A stretch of 64,000 nucleotides of DNA, taken from assembly GCA_964016885.1 (NCBI GenBank), contig OZ024742.1, forward strand, positions 150,784,001 through 150,848,000. Direction: 5' to 3'. Position numbers and translations under genes: made by a program. Every line of letters starts with the position of its first letter. The first letter of the stretch is position 1. This document shows positions 26,901 to 38,600 of this stretch, piece by piece. Origin of the DNA: Eledone cirrhosa. Its lineage: Eukaryota. The notes beneath the pieces were generated by a model that ran no database searches, was not told the DNA's origin, and saw only the letters and a program-made list of their open reading frames with translations.

Positions 26901-29900
26901 AAGACCAGATGCCAATGGGAACTCCTGTATGCAGATGACCTCGCACTTATAGCTGAATCTATGGTAGAACTAGAGAAGAAATTCCAAACTTGGAAGCAGG
27001 GACTAGAAAGAAAGGGTCTCAAAGTCAACATGACAAAGACTAAGGTCCTTGTAAGTAGATGAGAAAACAGAACCCAGATCTTCTCAGGAAAATGGCCTTG
27101 CTCATTATGTAGGAAAGGTGTAGGTAGGAACTCCATTGTCTGCCCCAAATGCAAACAATGGGTATACAAGAGATATAGCGGGATCTCAGGAAGCTTAATT
27201 AAGAATGTAGGCTTCACATGTAGCAGCTGTGCTGGGACATCAAGCAGAAAACAGCCACAGGAAACAAGTACCACCAATCTCTGGAAGGGCTCTGTAGAAA
27301 CAGTAGACAGCTTCTGCTACCTAGGTGACCGAATTAGCAGCGGAGGTGGGTGTTCAGAAAGTACAATAACTAGGGTAAGAACAGGATGGAAGAAGTTCAG
27401 GGAACTACTGCCACTGCTAGCTGCAAAAGGCTTCTCCCTCAAAATGAAAGGCAGACTGTATGATGCGTGTATACGAACAGCAACATTACATGGTAGTGAG
27501 ACCTGGGCGCTGAAGGTGGAAGACTTACATAGATTAGAAAGAAACGAAGACTGCATGCTCCAATGGATGTGTAATAGTAATATACGCGAATGGCAAAGCA
27601 TAAATGAATTGAGAGAGAGACTGAGCATAAGAGGAATCAAATGCTGTGTGCAGGAGAAGCGGTTGCGTTGGTATGGACATGTGATGCGTATGTAGGATGA
27701 CAGCTGCATAAAAAGGTGCAGAGCACTAGAAGTCAATGGAAGCTGCAGAGTGGGGAGACCCAAGAAGATCTGGGATGAGGTGATAAAAGCCGACCTTACC
27801 CAATTACACCTCTCAAAGGCGATGACACACGACCGTGACTGCTGGCGTCATGCAGTAATACAGAGTACCCGACCTTCCATGGGTACAAGCTGAAGCATAT
27901 AGACAATATGCCCCCACACCCTCCCACTGCAAAGTGGTCGTGGAGGTGCCACGGCAAAAAAGCACCCAGCCCACACAATAAAGTGGATGTGTAGGCGCCA
28001 TGGAAAAAAGCACCCAGCACTCACTGTAAATGAGGTTGGTGTTAGGAAGGGCATCCAGCTGTAGAAATCAAGCCAAAATCAGTTCCTGTATGAGCAAGGC
28101 ATGGTCAGCCGACCAGACACTGCACACAACAGGACAACCCGTCTAACCCATGCTAGCATGGAAGAACGGACGTAAAATGGTGATGATGATGATGATGAAA
28201 GGCTTTATCTCGCAGTAATCTCGAATTGTCGAGATTTCGATGACGTTAATGTGTATTTTATAAATAAAACATGGTTTGGAGTATATATCGCAACGGTGAA
28301 GTAATGGAAAGCTAACAGATTATTAGTTTCAATTATCATAAAAAATAGTAGTTTGACAGCCCAAATTTCAGTGTGACCTATCTGCGAGTCAATGGCAAAT
28401 AGCCTATTTGTTAAATGAAAAGTGGGTTTGCGACCTATCTGCCGAGGCGACCTATACGCGAGTATATACGGTATATCAATGCCAGTATTTAACTGGTACT
28501 ATATTTTATCGACCCCCCCCTCCTCCCTCCACTAGAAAGATGAAAGGCCAAGTTAACCTCTCATGTAAAATAAGAATAATTATTTCCAACATTAGCAGAA
28601 GGCCAACAATTTGAGAGAAAAGTAAAGTCAATTATATTGACTCCTTTACTTCACTGGTACTTTATCTTGTCAATTTCAGAAGGGTGAAAAGCAAAGATGA
28701 CTTTGAATATAAAATAATAAGTGACAACAACTATAATACAATCAACAGCTATATAATGATGTCTGTATGTCATTCTGTACAAAAACAATTGACATTTTAA
28801 AAATTTCAGGTTACACAAAACTTACATCGAGCTTCTTAGTAGACATCATTAAGACATCACGATCAATTGGACCTATGGGAGGTGTGGACTGTATTCCAGC
28901 CTGGTACCATATTAACAGAAGGCACCGTAGAACTGCTCTGTGAATGAATAAAACATAAAACAAAATAAGATAATCATTGAAGATGTCACAAGAAAATGTG
29001 TGATAAAAGAACCTTGAGAAATTATATTCATATTTATAACTGTTGGTCAATCAATGATAAACATTGATTGCCAGCTAAATTATTAATAGAAATATAAAAA
29101 TATACTGAAGCAAAACCAAACCAAACCAAATAGTGAGTGTGTTTTACTATTTTTGGCAATATCGGGACAACATGACCCTCCCAAAATATAAAAATAAGAC
29201 CATTAACCTAAATGAAGTGAAATTCTGTAGATTCACCAAATCAAAGTTTTAAAAAATCTTTCCTTTGAAAATAAATTCAACAGCACCATTAGTGACATTG
29301 ATAAAGTAGATTACATCCCAAGAAAACATTGGGAAAATTTGAAATGTGTGCGTCCTAATGCAAATGACTAACAGGTAAAATACTCCTGGAGGTGGAAGAA
29401 AGTGTGCCTCTGACCAGTTTTTTTACATCTTCAGTTTACCTGAGTTTCTTAACTGTTATTTATAGTGATTATCCCACAATTTCTATAAAAACCATTGCAA
29501 TTTTTAGACCTTTTGATTCAAGTAATTTAACTAAATTTTGAAACTCTTCTGCAATTGTTTGGCAGTACTCCAATAGAAATCAACTATTCAGAAAATTAAG
29601 TTCCCATAGACATTGACATTGAATACTTAAATGATTGTGTAAACAATAGGGGAGAATAAGCTAAGAAAATAGACTTGATGTACATTCAGTTGCACAATAC
29701 ATTCCTCATTGAACTTACTAGTTTTCCTGAGAAATATTACTTTTCACATGTTCATATATGGCCTGAACATCTTTCACATGCCATCCATATGTACTTGACT
29801 TTCACAATTCCCCAAAAACTACAGATTGTGGGACCTTATCAAAAAGATAAGTAAACAAAACAATGCCAAATTTATCTGTCCTTTACTAAATACTTTTCTT

Positions 29901-32900
29901 GCAGTTGTCTCCTCATAAATATAGCCATTTACAATTTCACATCTTCATATAACATCAAACTATATTATATCCAACTAACAGATACATAACAGTAGTTAGC
30001 AATAAAAGCACCTATGAAATGATGAAACAATTGCTAATATAGATAGCAGCTTCTGTTAGCTAGGTGACCAAATCAGGGATGAAGATGGCTATTCTGTAAA
30101 CATTGTAAACAGACAATGAACAAAGTGGAAAAACGTTCAGGGAGCCATTCCCTCTGGTTACAACAAAAAGGCTTTCTCTCTGAGCAAAAGCAGAGCAGAT
30201 TGTACGATGCTTGTGATTGAAGTGCAATATTAACATATTAGTCAATGTTGTGAAGGTGTGTGGCTAAGTAGATAAAGTTGCGAGTTTCATTCCCAACAGT
30301 ATGTGTCTTTGAGTAAGACACTTTATTTCATGTTGATCCAATCTGTTCAGTTGCCAAAATTGAGTTGTATCTGTGATTCAAAGGGCCAGCCTTGTCACAG
30401 ACTGTATCATGTTGAATGTCTCTAAGAATTATGTTAAGGGTACATGCTTTGGTGGATTTCTCAGCCACTTACATGTTAATATCACAAACAGGCTATTCCA
30501 TTGTTCAAACAATTGGAATACTTTTCACTGGAAATGACAGTGGTCCAACTTTTAATAAAACATGAGTATTGAATGCAGATGTGAGATGACTAAAAAATAA
30601 AAAGTAAGTCATCATGCCCAGCTGGATGTATGATGTGAAAATGCATGAATACGAGGATCATGATTTCGTAATAATTAATATTGAGAGAATTGTCTTTGGC
30701 TCTCAAAATGTGATAGTTAGAAAAGAAAAAAAAATTCTTCTAGCCAAATAATCATTTTCTTTATGATGTTAAAGAGGCAAAATAAATAAACATATGGATT
30801 TTGTAAATTACAACTGTTTTCTTTTACATTGTAATAAGCAAATAAATGTTATTCAACTAACTTTGCTAATTGAACAACTGTGATAACAATCCATCGGCCG
30901 ATCTCACCCCAAAGTTTCTTTACAGCAAGTTCAACAAATACTTCTGTGTATTCCAGGACAGTCAACATTCGCATTATACGGTCTTGTGACAAAGGCTGAA
31001 ATATCATCAACAAAGTATATAGATTTGAAATTTTCAAATAAATTTTCACATTTTCATCATTATTTAGGATAAAATAAACTAAAACAGATCAAACCAATAT
31101 TTATAACACCAAATACATTTTTCTCATTTCATTTGCATTCAGCTTCCTTTTCAATGAACAGTTTATTAGACAGAACATGCCAAACTTGTTCCTCCTCAAC
31201 TAGTGCACATCTTTTGAATTAATAGTTAAAAGCGATCAGCATGTGGAATCTCTTGGATATAAAGGCTGCTGGACATAGTCAAATAATATTTACCAAAGTT
31301 TTCATCTAATTAACTTAATAACTGGTTTATACAATTAATAGTACTTTAGTACTTTAGTAACCATTATATACATACTTGACTTTCAATGGATCAGTTCATC
31401 AAGTGTGTTCTTTCAGTCATTGCTGAGGCACCACCTTCATATAGACCAGACATGGGCAACCTTTTTCAAGTAATGGGCTACATTACTAAAAAATTCAAGG
31501 CAATTTTGAAATTAAGTGTGTCATTCAGAAAGCCAAACAGGCTGCAGTTTGCCGATGACTGATATAGATCCTAGTATTTATTTCAGTCTGGTACTTAGTT
31601 TATCAATTGCTATTTATCAAACCACTAAGTTAACATGATATAAAGAGATGCTACATAAAACAACTCCAGTGTTTAAAATATGAATATAAATACAAATATA
31701 TGGACACACATACATGTATATATGGGGCAAATGTATGTCTACCAAGATCCATTTACAACCTGTGGATTAAACACAGAATTAGCTAGTTGCCAAATGAACT
31801 TCCTTACCTTACATCCAAACAAAAGCACTGTGTAATAGTAATAGGTCAGTATTTCATTAGTTTGCAGCACTGAGCTAAAACTCCATTGTCTATCTGGATA
31901 GACTTTTTGATGTTGTAGTGCATCTGAGCACTGTACACAATATTTCATTATTATTATTATTATTAAGGGCGGTGGATTGGCAGTATCGGAAGAGGGTCGG
32001 ACGCCATGCTTTGACGCATAGAGTTACGGCCCTTGCCATTCTGAGCTCAAATCCCGCCGAGGTTAACTTTGCCTTTCATCCTTACGGGGACGATAAAATA
32101 AAGTACCAGTAATACACTGGGTAATTGCTGGACTTGTGCCAAAAGTAGAAACAATTATTATTATTATAGAACAGCAAAAATATATGCCATTGTATCCTTG
32201 ATTGACTTACATGGAGATAACATTTTCAAAAATATCCCCCAGATCTAGATTGAGTATTAAAATATATAAAATAAATTAAGATGAAATACTAACCACTTTT
32301 GGAACAATTTTGGCTGCCTGTTGCAATATAAGATCATTCAGCATAACCATAAGTCTGGAGGCTGAATATACCAGTTCTGACAAAACTTGACTGTCATTGT
32401 AGCGACCTAGAATATATATTAAAAAGAAATCATATTCCTTTTAATTCATTTGTTACCACATTCCTAATGAAAAACACTGCCTACAGTTTTTAAGCAATTA
32501 AGAATTTGGAGGTATTTAATAATAATAATAATAATAATAATGAAATTATTGTGTAAAGTGCTCAGGTGCACTGCAACTCGTCAAAGGTGTATGTATAGTA
32601 CATAGAATAATATACAAATGTCAGGGAAGTGAATAGTGTATGAGTCATGATATACATGTGTGTATATGTATGGAGGGGGAACATTAGGTGTAGTTTTGGC
32701 GAATCTCGGGAAGCATGGAGGTTTTAAAGGATGCAGTGTCTCGACAGCTAACAACTGATGCAGATAGTTTGTTCCATGCTTCAGCAACTCTGAGCGTGAA
32801 AAAATGTTTCCGTAAGTCATGGGAACTGTGCTGTTTTCTGACATTGTGGGCATGTCCACGTGTGTTAGACACATGGAAATCAAAAAGGTACTCAGGGTCG

Positions 32901-35489
32901 TTGTTGGCAAGATGGTTAACAATTTTGTGAGTGTTTACCAAGTCAGTTGCCAGGTGTCGGAGCTTCAATGTATCCATGCCCAGGGAAGCAAGGCATTCAG
33001 AGTATGGTAGATGCCTGATGGAGGGTATTCGCTTGGTTGCACGTCTTTGAACAGTTTCCAGGCGGTCAATGTTCTGAGCAAGATAGGGGTTCCAGTCTGG
33101 TGATGCAAATTCTAAGTGTGGCCTCACCATAGCCATGTACAGCTTTAAATAGATAGCTGGAGAGCAGCTGACAAAGGTCTTGCTGAGTGATGCTAAGACA
33201 CCTTCAGCCCTCTTGACAATTTTAGAGACGTGCTTCGTCCAACGCAAATCGCTGCTGACCATATATAACTAATATTCTCATTAAGTTGGTGTTTGGAATA
33301 TAACTTAACAAATGTTCATACATAAAATTATGATTTAGAATTTTTAGATAAACATAAACATTTTAAAACAAGTTTTGTATTGTAGAACTAGAGGTGGTTT
33401 GGTATCAAAAGGGTTAAGCCAATGAGACAGTTTCCCAAGTGAAAAATCTTTGGTCATAAATCTACCCAAACCAGAGATGACCTAGGACTGAACAAAAACA
33501 ACAACTGGTATACAAAACCAATTAGGAAGGTTAAATTGAGACACTTGACCAAGTAGTTCTCGTTTGTAAGGTTGTTGTGGTGGTACCATTAAATATGCTC
33601 CCAGTACATGCTGTAAAGTGGTTGATGTTGAGAAGTTGTAGAAACCAAGCCCAAAATGGAACATATGAGCAAGGTGTAGTCATCTGACCTGTCTAATTTC
33701 AGAATGTAACAACCTGTCTAACCTATGCACACATGGAAAATAGACATTAAACAATGAGGAAGATCATGATGATGGTGGTGGGGGTGTTAATGAGGATTGT
33801 TCAGATGAAGTGCACTGAAGATATGTGAAAGGACCATAAACCACAACAGATAGCTGAACCTTGCCTTAATAGACAAGATAAACAGAAAGAATCTGTGAAA
33901 AGTGTCAGAACTCTACATCAGAAGCCAACTTCTGGAAAACATTTGAGCAATATTTACACAAGCAGTATGAGCAAAGTCCAAAGAACTCACAGACTTGTAT
34001 AGAGAGACATGACTGTGTCCTGCCATCTCCTTTTGTTCATCATATACATGAAGGGTCATGAGAGAACCTAACACAGACACAGTAGCCCTAAACAAGCTTT
34101 TATTCACTAACAAGTGTCTCACACAAGGAAAAATTCTCCAAAAGCATTCTAACAGCTTGAAAGAGGTGTGTGAACAATATAACATGAAAATCAGCATTAG
34201 CAAGAAAGAGGTAATGAGAATTTGCAGTAAATTAAGGAACTCACTACATCAGGTAGAGAAAATATTTTATTCTATTTTATTGAGTGATGACTTTTATAGA
34301 AGTAGTTGTTTCATTCGAGAATGAAATCGTTAGAAAGTCAAGGATACCAGATATGTGTATTTACATGGTTAGTGAGAGAAGAGGGGGCAGCGACCATGAC
34401 CTTATTAGGAGTTTCTGAAACTAGTGGGAAGAAAGAAGCAAGTTAAACCCAGACCTAGGACCTTATGCTTATAACAGAGTGTACTCTGCAAAAAGCATTC
34501 AAAACTCATAAGGTGACATATATGTCGGGAAGGGACGGTAGTGGTCTACGTAGTCTCTCACCCTACAAAAGAAAAGTATTAAAAAGGCGATATGGTCAAT
34601 AATGTAATTCGGAGAACATTATATCCAGGATGGTCATAGCTGGAATGCCTTTGATCATAGGTATGCTGGTTCAGGTCTGGGGCTAAGAACTCTTTGGTAA
34701 CGAGATAAACGTGGGAGTTGTTTTAGGTCAAGCTGTTTCAATTACATGTTGCCTATAATCAATGCGAAGGTTGTCGCTGTTTCACTCCAGGTTAAACCTG
34801 ATTGACCAGACCTATGATTAAAGACATTCCAGCCTTGACCAACACCAACACCGCATTTTAGAGAAAACTTGGACTACATTATCTAATATGCTCTTTCTTT
34901 AGTTAAGAGAAATTTATCAGCTATTTCTAGCAGATCGAGCGATCACGTAGAGGTTCTCATGTTGGCTCAGCGAACATTGTTTATTACTATTTGGTACGCT
35001 ATTAAACATGCAATTAATTAAATCAAACCGGGTGTAATTTGAACTCAGAACCGCCCTCCCAATAATAATTAGCTTAGACTAGGTAGAGTTCAAACTGAGA
35101 ACAAAAGATAATGACGATTTATTTTATTAAAAACAATATCACATTTTTTAAAGAAGCGGAATATGATCGTATGACAGTAGTGTCTAACAAAATTCATTAG
35201 CAGCCTGGAGTGAATGGGCTTCAATGTGGATTCGAAACAAGGTCGTTTAGATATTTTACAATGTAACAGAACACCGCAGTCATCAGTGCGGACGAATTTT
35301 CGTTGAAGAAAACGAAAAAATATAAAGAAAGCTAACAAAATTATTAAAATAAAAAGACAGTAAGTATAATTTACCTGCTATGAAATAAGAAGAGATCCTA
35401 AAAACCGATTCTATCTGTCGAATCACTTCTGGATTACAGCTGACACTCTTAGAATATTTAGTGTAAACAGTCTGTAAATATTCAGCCAT
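13531..35489 (-). CDS. PEX16: Peroxisomal membrane protein PEX16, full spliced gene span (10 coding exons, 342 aa)
   Basis: Ten exons with GT-AG boundaries and matching phases (115+113+134+112+94+141+73+120+65+62=1029 nt) join into one ORF: [12 protein letters not shown]...[24 protein letters not shown]...[10 protein letters not shown]...SWKPW...[21 protein letters not shown]...[15 protein letters not shown]. These blocks match hallmark metazoan PEX16 motifs ([41 protein letters not shown]). Confidence 0.97.
13712..14101 (-). mobile_element. Full-length CORE-like SINE with RTE-derived 3' part
   Basis: Reverse complement of the 48361-48658 family; tRNA-like head GGAGGCACATGGCTTAGTGG; A-rich tail; TTTATT on both flanks. 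Confidence 0.85.
14200..14950 (+). mobile_element. Degenerate CR1/L2-like LINE fragment
   Basis: [48 protein letters not shown]; shares sequence with 32684-33262. Confidence 0.75.
14986..15050 (-). CDS. PEX16: PEX16 coding exon 9 ([22 protein letters not shown])
   Basis: Pyrimidine tract plus ttctag acceptor, gtaagc donor; 65 nt; D.VPG motif. Confidence 0.93.
16559..16678 (-). CDS. PEX16: PEX16 coding exon 8 ([40 protein letters not shown])
   Basis: ttttttcag acceptor, gtaagt donor; 120 nt; most conserved PEX16 block. Confidence 0.97.
18760..18832 (-). CDS. PEX16: PEX16 coding exon 7 ([25 protein letters not shown])
   Basis: ttctag acceptor after the U12 branch point, gttagt donor; 73 nt; SWKPW motif. 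Confidence 0.95.
19022..19110. repeat. (GAT/GGT)n microsatellite
   Basis: Direct inspection; source of the spurious poly-His ORF. Confidence 0.95.
19550..20940 (+). mobile_element. Old RTE LINE relic inside the U12 intron, interrupted by a TTAA MITE
   Basis: [25 protein letters not shown] and QFSTSF (GSVLSP-like) remnants collinear with 49750-51150. Confidence 0.7.
19783..20011. mobile_element. piggyBac-like MITE (TTAA TSD), copy 1
   Basis: TTAA|CCCTTTAGCATTTA ... TAAATGCTAAAAGG|TTAA. Confidence 0.85.
21888..22028 (-). CDS. PEX16: PEX16 coding exon 6 (PPEKFRTW...[15 protein letters not shown])
   Basis: ttgtag acceptor; ends at U12-type donor GTATCCTTT; 141 nt; AEF..I.RPL.H motif. Confidence 0.94.
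23604..23697 (-). CDS. PEX16: PEX16 coding exon 5 ([32 protein letters not shown])
   Basis: tttcaatag acceptor, gtaaga donor; 94 nt; KRS..RTL motif; phases fit both neighbouring exons. Confidence 0.92.
25970..28471. mobile_element. Tc2/pogo-like non-autonomous DNA transposon, interrupted by an RTE
   Basis: TA|CCGTA..TAGGTC left end, GACCTATACGCGAGTATATACGG|TA right end, subterminal GACCTAT repeats; splits a Meta-like SINE. Confidence 0.7.
26811..28197 (+). mobile_element. 5'-truncated RTE LINE (RT C-terminal half, Zn finger, 3' UTR, (GAT)n)
   Basis: [35 protein letters not shown]; in-frame stops. Confidence 0.93.
28826..28937 (-). CDS. PEX16: PEX16 coding exon 4 ([37 protein letters not shown])
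   Basis: tcacag acceptor, gtaagt donor; 112 nt; AG.Q..PP..P.DR motif. Confidence 0.95.
30862..30995 (-). CDS. PEX16: PEX16 coding exon 3 ([45 protein letters not shown])
   Basis: tttcag acceptor, gttagt donor; 134 nt; overlaps ORF 30849..31049. Confidence 0.96.
31447..31561. mobile_element. Short hAT MITE
   Basis: TSD ATATAGAC/ATATAGAT; TIRs CAGACATGGGCAA / TTGCCGATGACTG. Confidence 0.7.
31968..32167 (+). mobile_element. Full-length Meta-domain-like tRNA SINE
   Basis: GGCGG..TGGCAGTATCGG (A box)..GAGCTCAAATCCCGCC (B box), Meta-like core, (TTA)n tail; other copies at ~1400, 3120, 6520, 15728, 47802, 53558, 57597-58140, 61280 and 61866. Confidence 0.85.
32294..32406 (-). CDS. PEX16: PEX16 coding exon 2 ([38 protein letters not shown])
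   Basis: ttctag acceptor, gttagt donor; 113 nt; ELVYSAS motif. Confidence 0.95.
32518..33262 (-). mobile_element. 5'-truncated CR1-like LINE with (ATT)n tail, nested in a TTAA-ended MITE (~32442-33416)
   Basis: 192-aa ORF with [42 protein letters not shown]. Confidence 0.9.
35375..35489 (-). CDS. PEX16: PEX16 coding exon 1 (MAEYLQ...SYFIA-G)
   Basis: ATG in AAAGATGG context at 35487-35489; donor G|GTAAAT; 115 nt, phase 1. Confidence 0.93.
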
Positions 35490-35653
35490 CTTTGGCGTGG
35501 TTTTGAAAGTAAGGCGCCAATGCATAAGATAGCAATGTGTTTATTGGTTAGACTAGTTTAATCCTCCAATCAAAATCTTCGTTATAATTATATTATGCCA
35601 TGTGGTAATGTTCAACTTGTCTTTATAGCCGTGCGGACTTTATAAAAATAGCA
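35490..35653. promoter_or_regulatory. Candidate compact bidirectional promoter
   Basis: 164 nt between the PEX16 ATG and a divergent ATG plus splice donor; three CCAAT boxes (35517-35521 +, 35543-35547 -, 35566-35570 +); locally more CpG than background by eye. Confidence 0.6.
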
Positions 35654-35664
35654 ATGTTCTACAG
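35654..35664 (+). CDS. Candidate first coding exon (ATG TTC TAC AG) of an unidentified divergent gene
   Basis: Consensus donor CAG|GTGAGT at 35664/35665 immediately opposite the PEX16 start. Confidence 0.5.
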
Positions 35665-38600
35665 GTGAGTGTTGTTGTCTCTAGTTATTTAGTTAAACGG
35701 CACATTTGTTTAAATGCTTATTTTATATTCTGTTAAATACGCCAAATATTGTTTTTGTTTCTTATTTTCTTTATTTAAAGTTTAGATTACAATGTATCAC
35801 TTATACTTATAGCTAGAAATGACATGTTTGTATGTATGGAAATATTAACATGACGAAAAACAGCGAATATATGTATTTAGCTTAAAATGTATATGATTCC
35901 TGTCTTCCAAATATCAAATTTTACAATCCACTTTATTCGTGTCAGTAGATCTCTCGACAGTGTAAGGAAATGCCAAATTATGGTTTATTTGAATGAAAAC
36001 ATTCTTTGCCTATCTCAAATTAAAAAAAATCTTTGACCATCACATCTTATGGAAAACTTCTCCAAAATATATATGTACATATATCTTTTGATATTTTTAT
36101 TTTTATTTTTGTCTATGAATGAGAAAGCTTTTATTAGTAGATATGCCAAATATGTGATATGCTTTTCTGCAATTTCAAAACACTAAATTCGATCTTAGAT
36201 ATCCTCTCGATTTCGACCACACCTTGTGACTTGATAGAGATATTTTTGTTGATATTAGTTTCAGCTTTTGGGTACTGAGTTCTTTCGTTACAATCAATAT
36301 GTCCATGCTTTTTCCCAATACCCTGAGTAACCGAAATGAAATCTAGCGAAATACGTTTATGGAAAGATGAAAAAACTTCGACGGGATTTCCACTCAAAAT
36401 ATAAAAAAAAAAAGCGAAACTAATTACCGTAATACTGTTGTTTAATGATCTACCAATTCAGTTTCTAAACGATTACTGTTGATTTTTTTTTTACACAGTT
36501 GATAGAACTCAAACATTTTCGAGCAAATAATCTTTTGTAACATTTATGCATTTGTCGGAAATTTTTACCTGTAATTTTCCATATATAAAGTCTAAATGTT
36601 CTTCCCTTTTCACCGTTCCAAGGACTATTTTTTTTTTATTAGCTTTATATATTTCAAACTACAGCTGACTGCATTATTTATAGTTAGTTCCTGGTCGTTA
36701 TTTTTCTAGCTTTACTGATTTACTCAGTTTTTTTGTAATGATGCACCACGGACAATCATATTTGGAATGAATAATGATCCAGGGCTTGTTGCTCCGTTTA
36801 ATTTCTTTTTATTTCACTTGCAAATAAAACCGTCTGCTCAAACGACTGAGCTAAACAGCAACAAACTTCTGGAAGTGAGCCAATACAGAAGAAAGACCAG
36901 CCAAATCACACTCTATTGTCTTAGAATAGGAGGCATTGGATAATGCTGTCCTGGGTTCTCTACACATTAAAGGGGTAGGTGACATTGTTGGAATTCCTTT
37001 TATCAGAGCTGACCTGGGGTTAAACAACGAGCCTCTGACATGGCTAGTCAATTGTGTAACAAACCTTTTTAAGAGGGTTGTTTACGATATTTTTGATTTT
37101 TATTAATAAAACGTTTGAGACTATCTGTATATCTTTAATCTTATATATTTGTTATATGACAATTGCCAATTCTTAGTTGTAGAAAGGATATTTCGTTCCA
37201 GTATAAAATGTATGAAAAGTATACAATAAAAAAAATCGGAACAATTTAAACCAGGACAAAAAATAAAAATTATAAATTATATTTATTTATATAATGTTTT
37301 GAGAGTATATTGATTTTTATTTGCCGCTGATTATAGCCCCAGCTTAACTCTTATTGAGCAAACCTATGATCATCCTATTAGTGTATCTAGAATTACGTTA
37401 TCTGACAAGTCCTTTCGCTTTTTCTGCCATAAGTGGGATTTAGATGCTATTCTAGCAGGTCAAGTGACCATTTGCAAGCTCTTGTCTATGGGAATTGATA
37501 GTAAACTAAGGTTTTTTTTAACGCTAAATTAGATGCCTTGCTGTTTTGATTTCAAATCCCAAATTGTGTCAGCCTTGCTATCTTCAAACAGTAGAGTTTA
37601 ATGAAAACGGATTTTTTACAATATCGAAATCCACTCTTTTTACACGAAAACTCCCATAAAGTTGACTTTGCTTTCATCTATGTTATGTGCTTTTATTTTT
37701 GTTCCGAGACTAAGCACTGGTTTAATAGTTCTTCAGTTCTTATACACACACTCAACCGGTTACTTTATTTCTATGGAAAACAAACATTTTCTTATGCATT
37801 AAAAATTAAAGCTTAATGTCTTTTACTCAGCTATATTTATAAAATAAATTAGCAATATTATTGAATCAGTCCATATTGTGTACCAAAGTGTACCTAGAAC
37901 ATTATTCAATGTGTCGCTTCTCTTCTAAAACAGGGTGTTACTTGATGGAAATTATCTAGCGACCGTGTAAGCTTTCTTACTTTAGTATTAAAGGGGAAAA
38001 TTCTATCAGTGATTTAGCAGAAATGGTAAAGTGTTAAGTTACAGTTTTAGTCATGTGGCTATATTGCAAGTTCATGTCATATTAAGATCGACGTGTATTC
38101 TTTATTATTTACAACCAATGGAATAAGTAACTGGCTTGTATTAGCTTTCAATTCAATTATCTTAATTAGATCTCGTGCCTAATTAAAAGGAATTTATATT
38201 TAGGCGTTCTTGCACGTCAGTAACTTCTTGAAGCAGGAAATGATTTGTGTGGAATGTCAGCATTCTTTAATCGAAGGGATTTACATGGTGGCTTGACCTG
38301 CTAAAAATAACAGCCAGGTTTCTTTAAAATGTTACCACTGTCTTTTAAAAAATGGAAGAACATACTGAATAGTGTAGCCTAAGATAAATGATGGCTGAAA
38401 AGGTAGAATTGTCATGACTAAAATGCCTTTGATCCTATGTTTGCTGGATTAGAGTTGACCTGGGGCTAAACATAAAGATTATCCTGTAACACAAGCATAG
38501 ATATTCCTTTTTTTCTCTGTGTTCTTCACTTTTAACTGAAGAACAAGGCCCAAAACATTAGATTCATCAATTCTCATTACAATTGTTTCTTAGGAAGACA

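Noticed and set aside
35641-35647. TATA box (TATAAAA)
   Set aside because: It ends only 6 nt before the candidate ATG, too close to drive that exon, and the background is AT-rich.
35654-35664. RAD21/REC8-type kleisin start (MFY...)
   Set aside because: Only three residues match, and I found no following exon with the kleisin K.GPL..IWLAA motif in the window.
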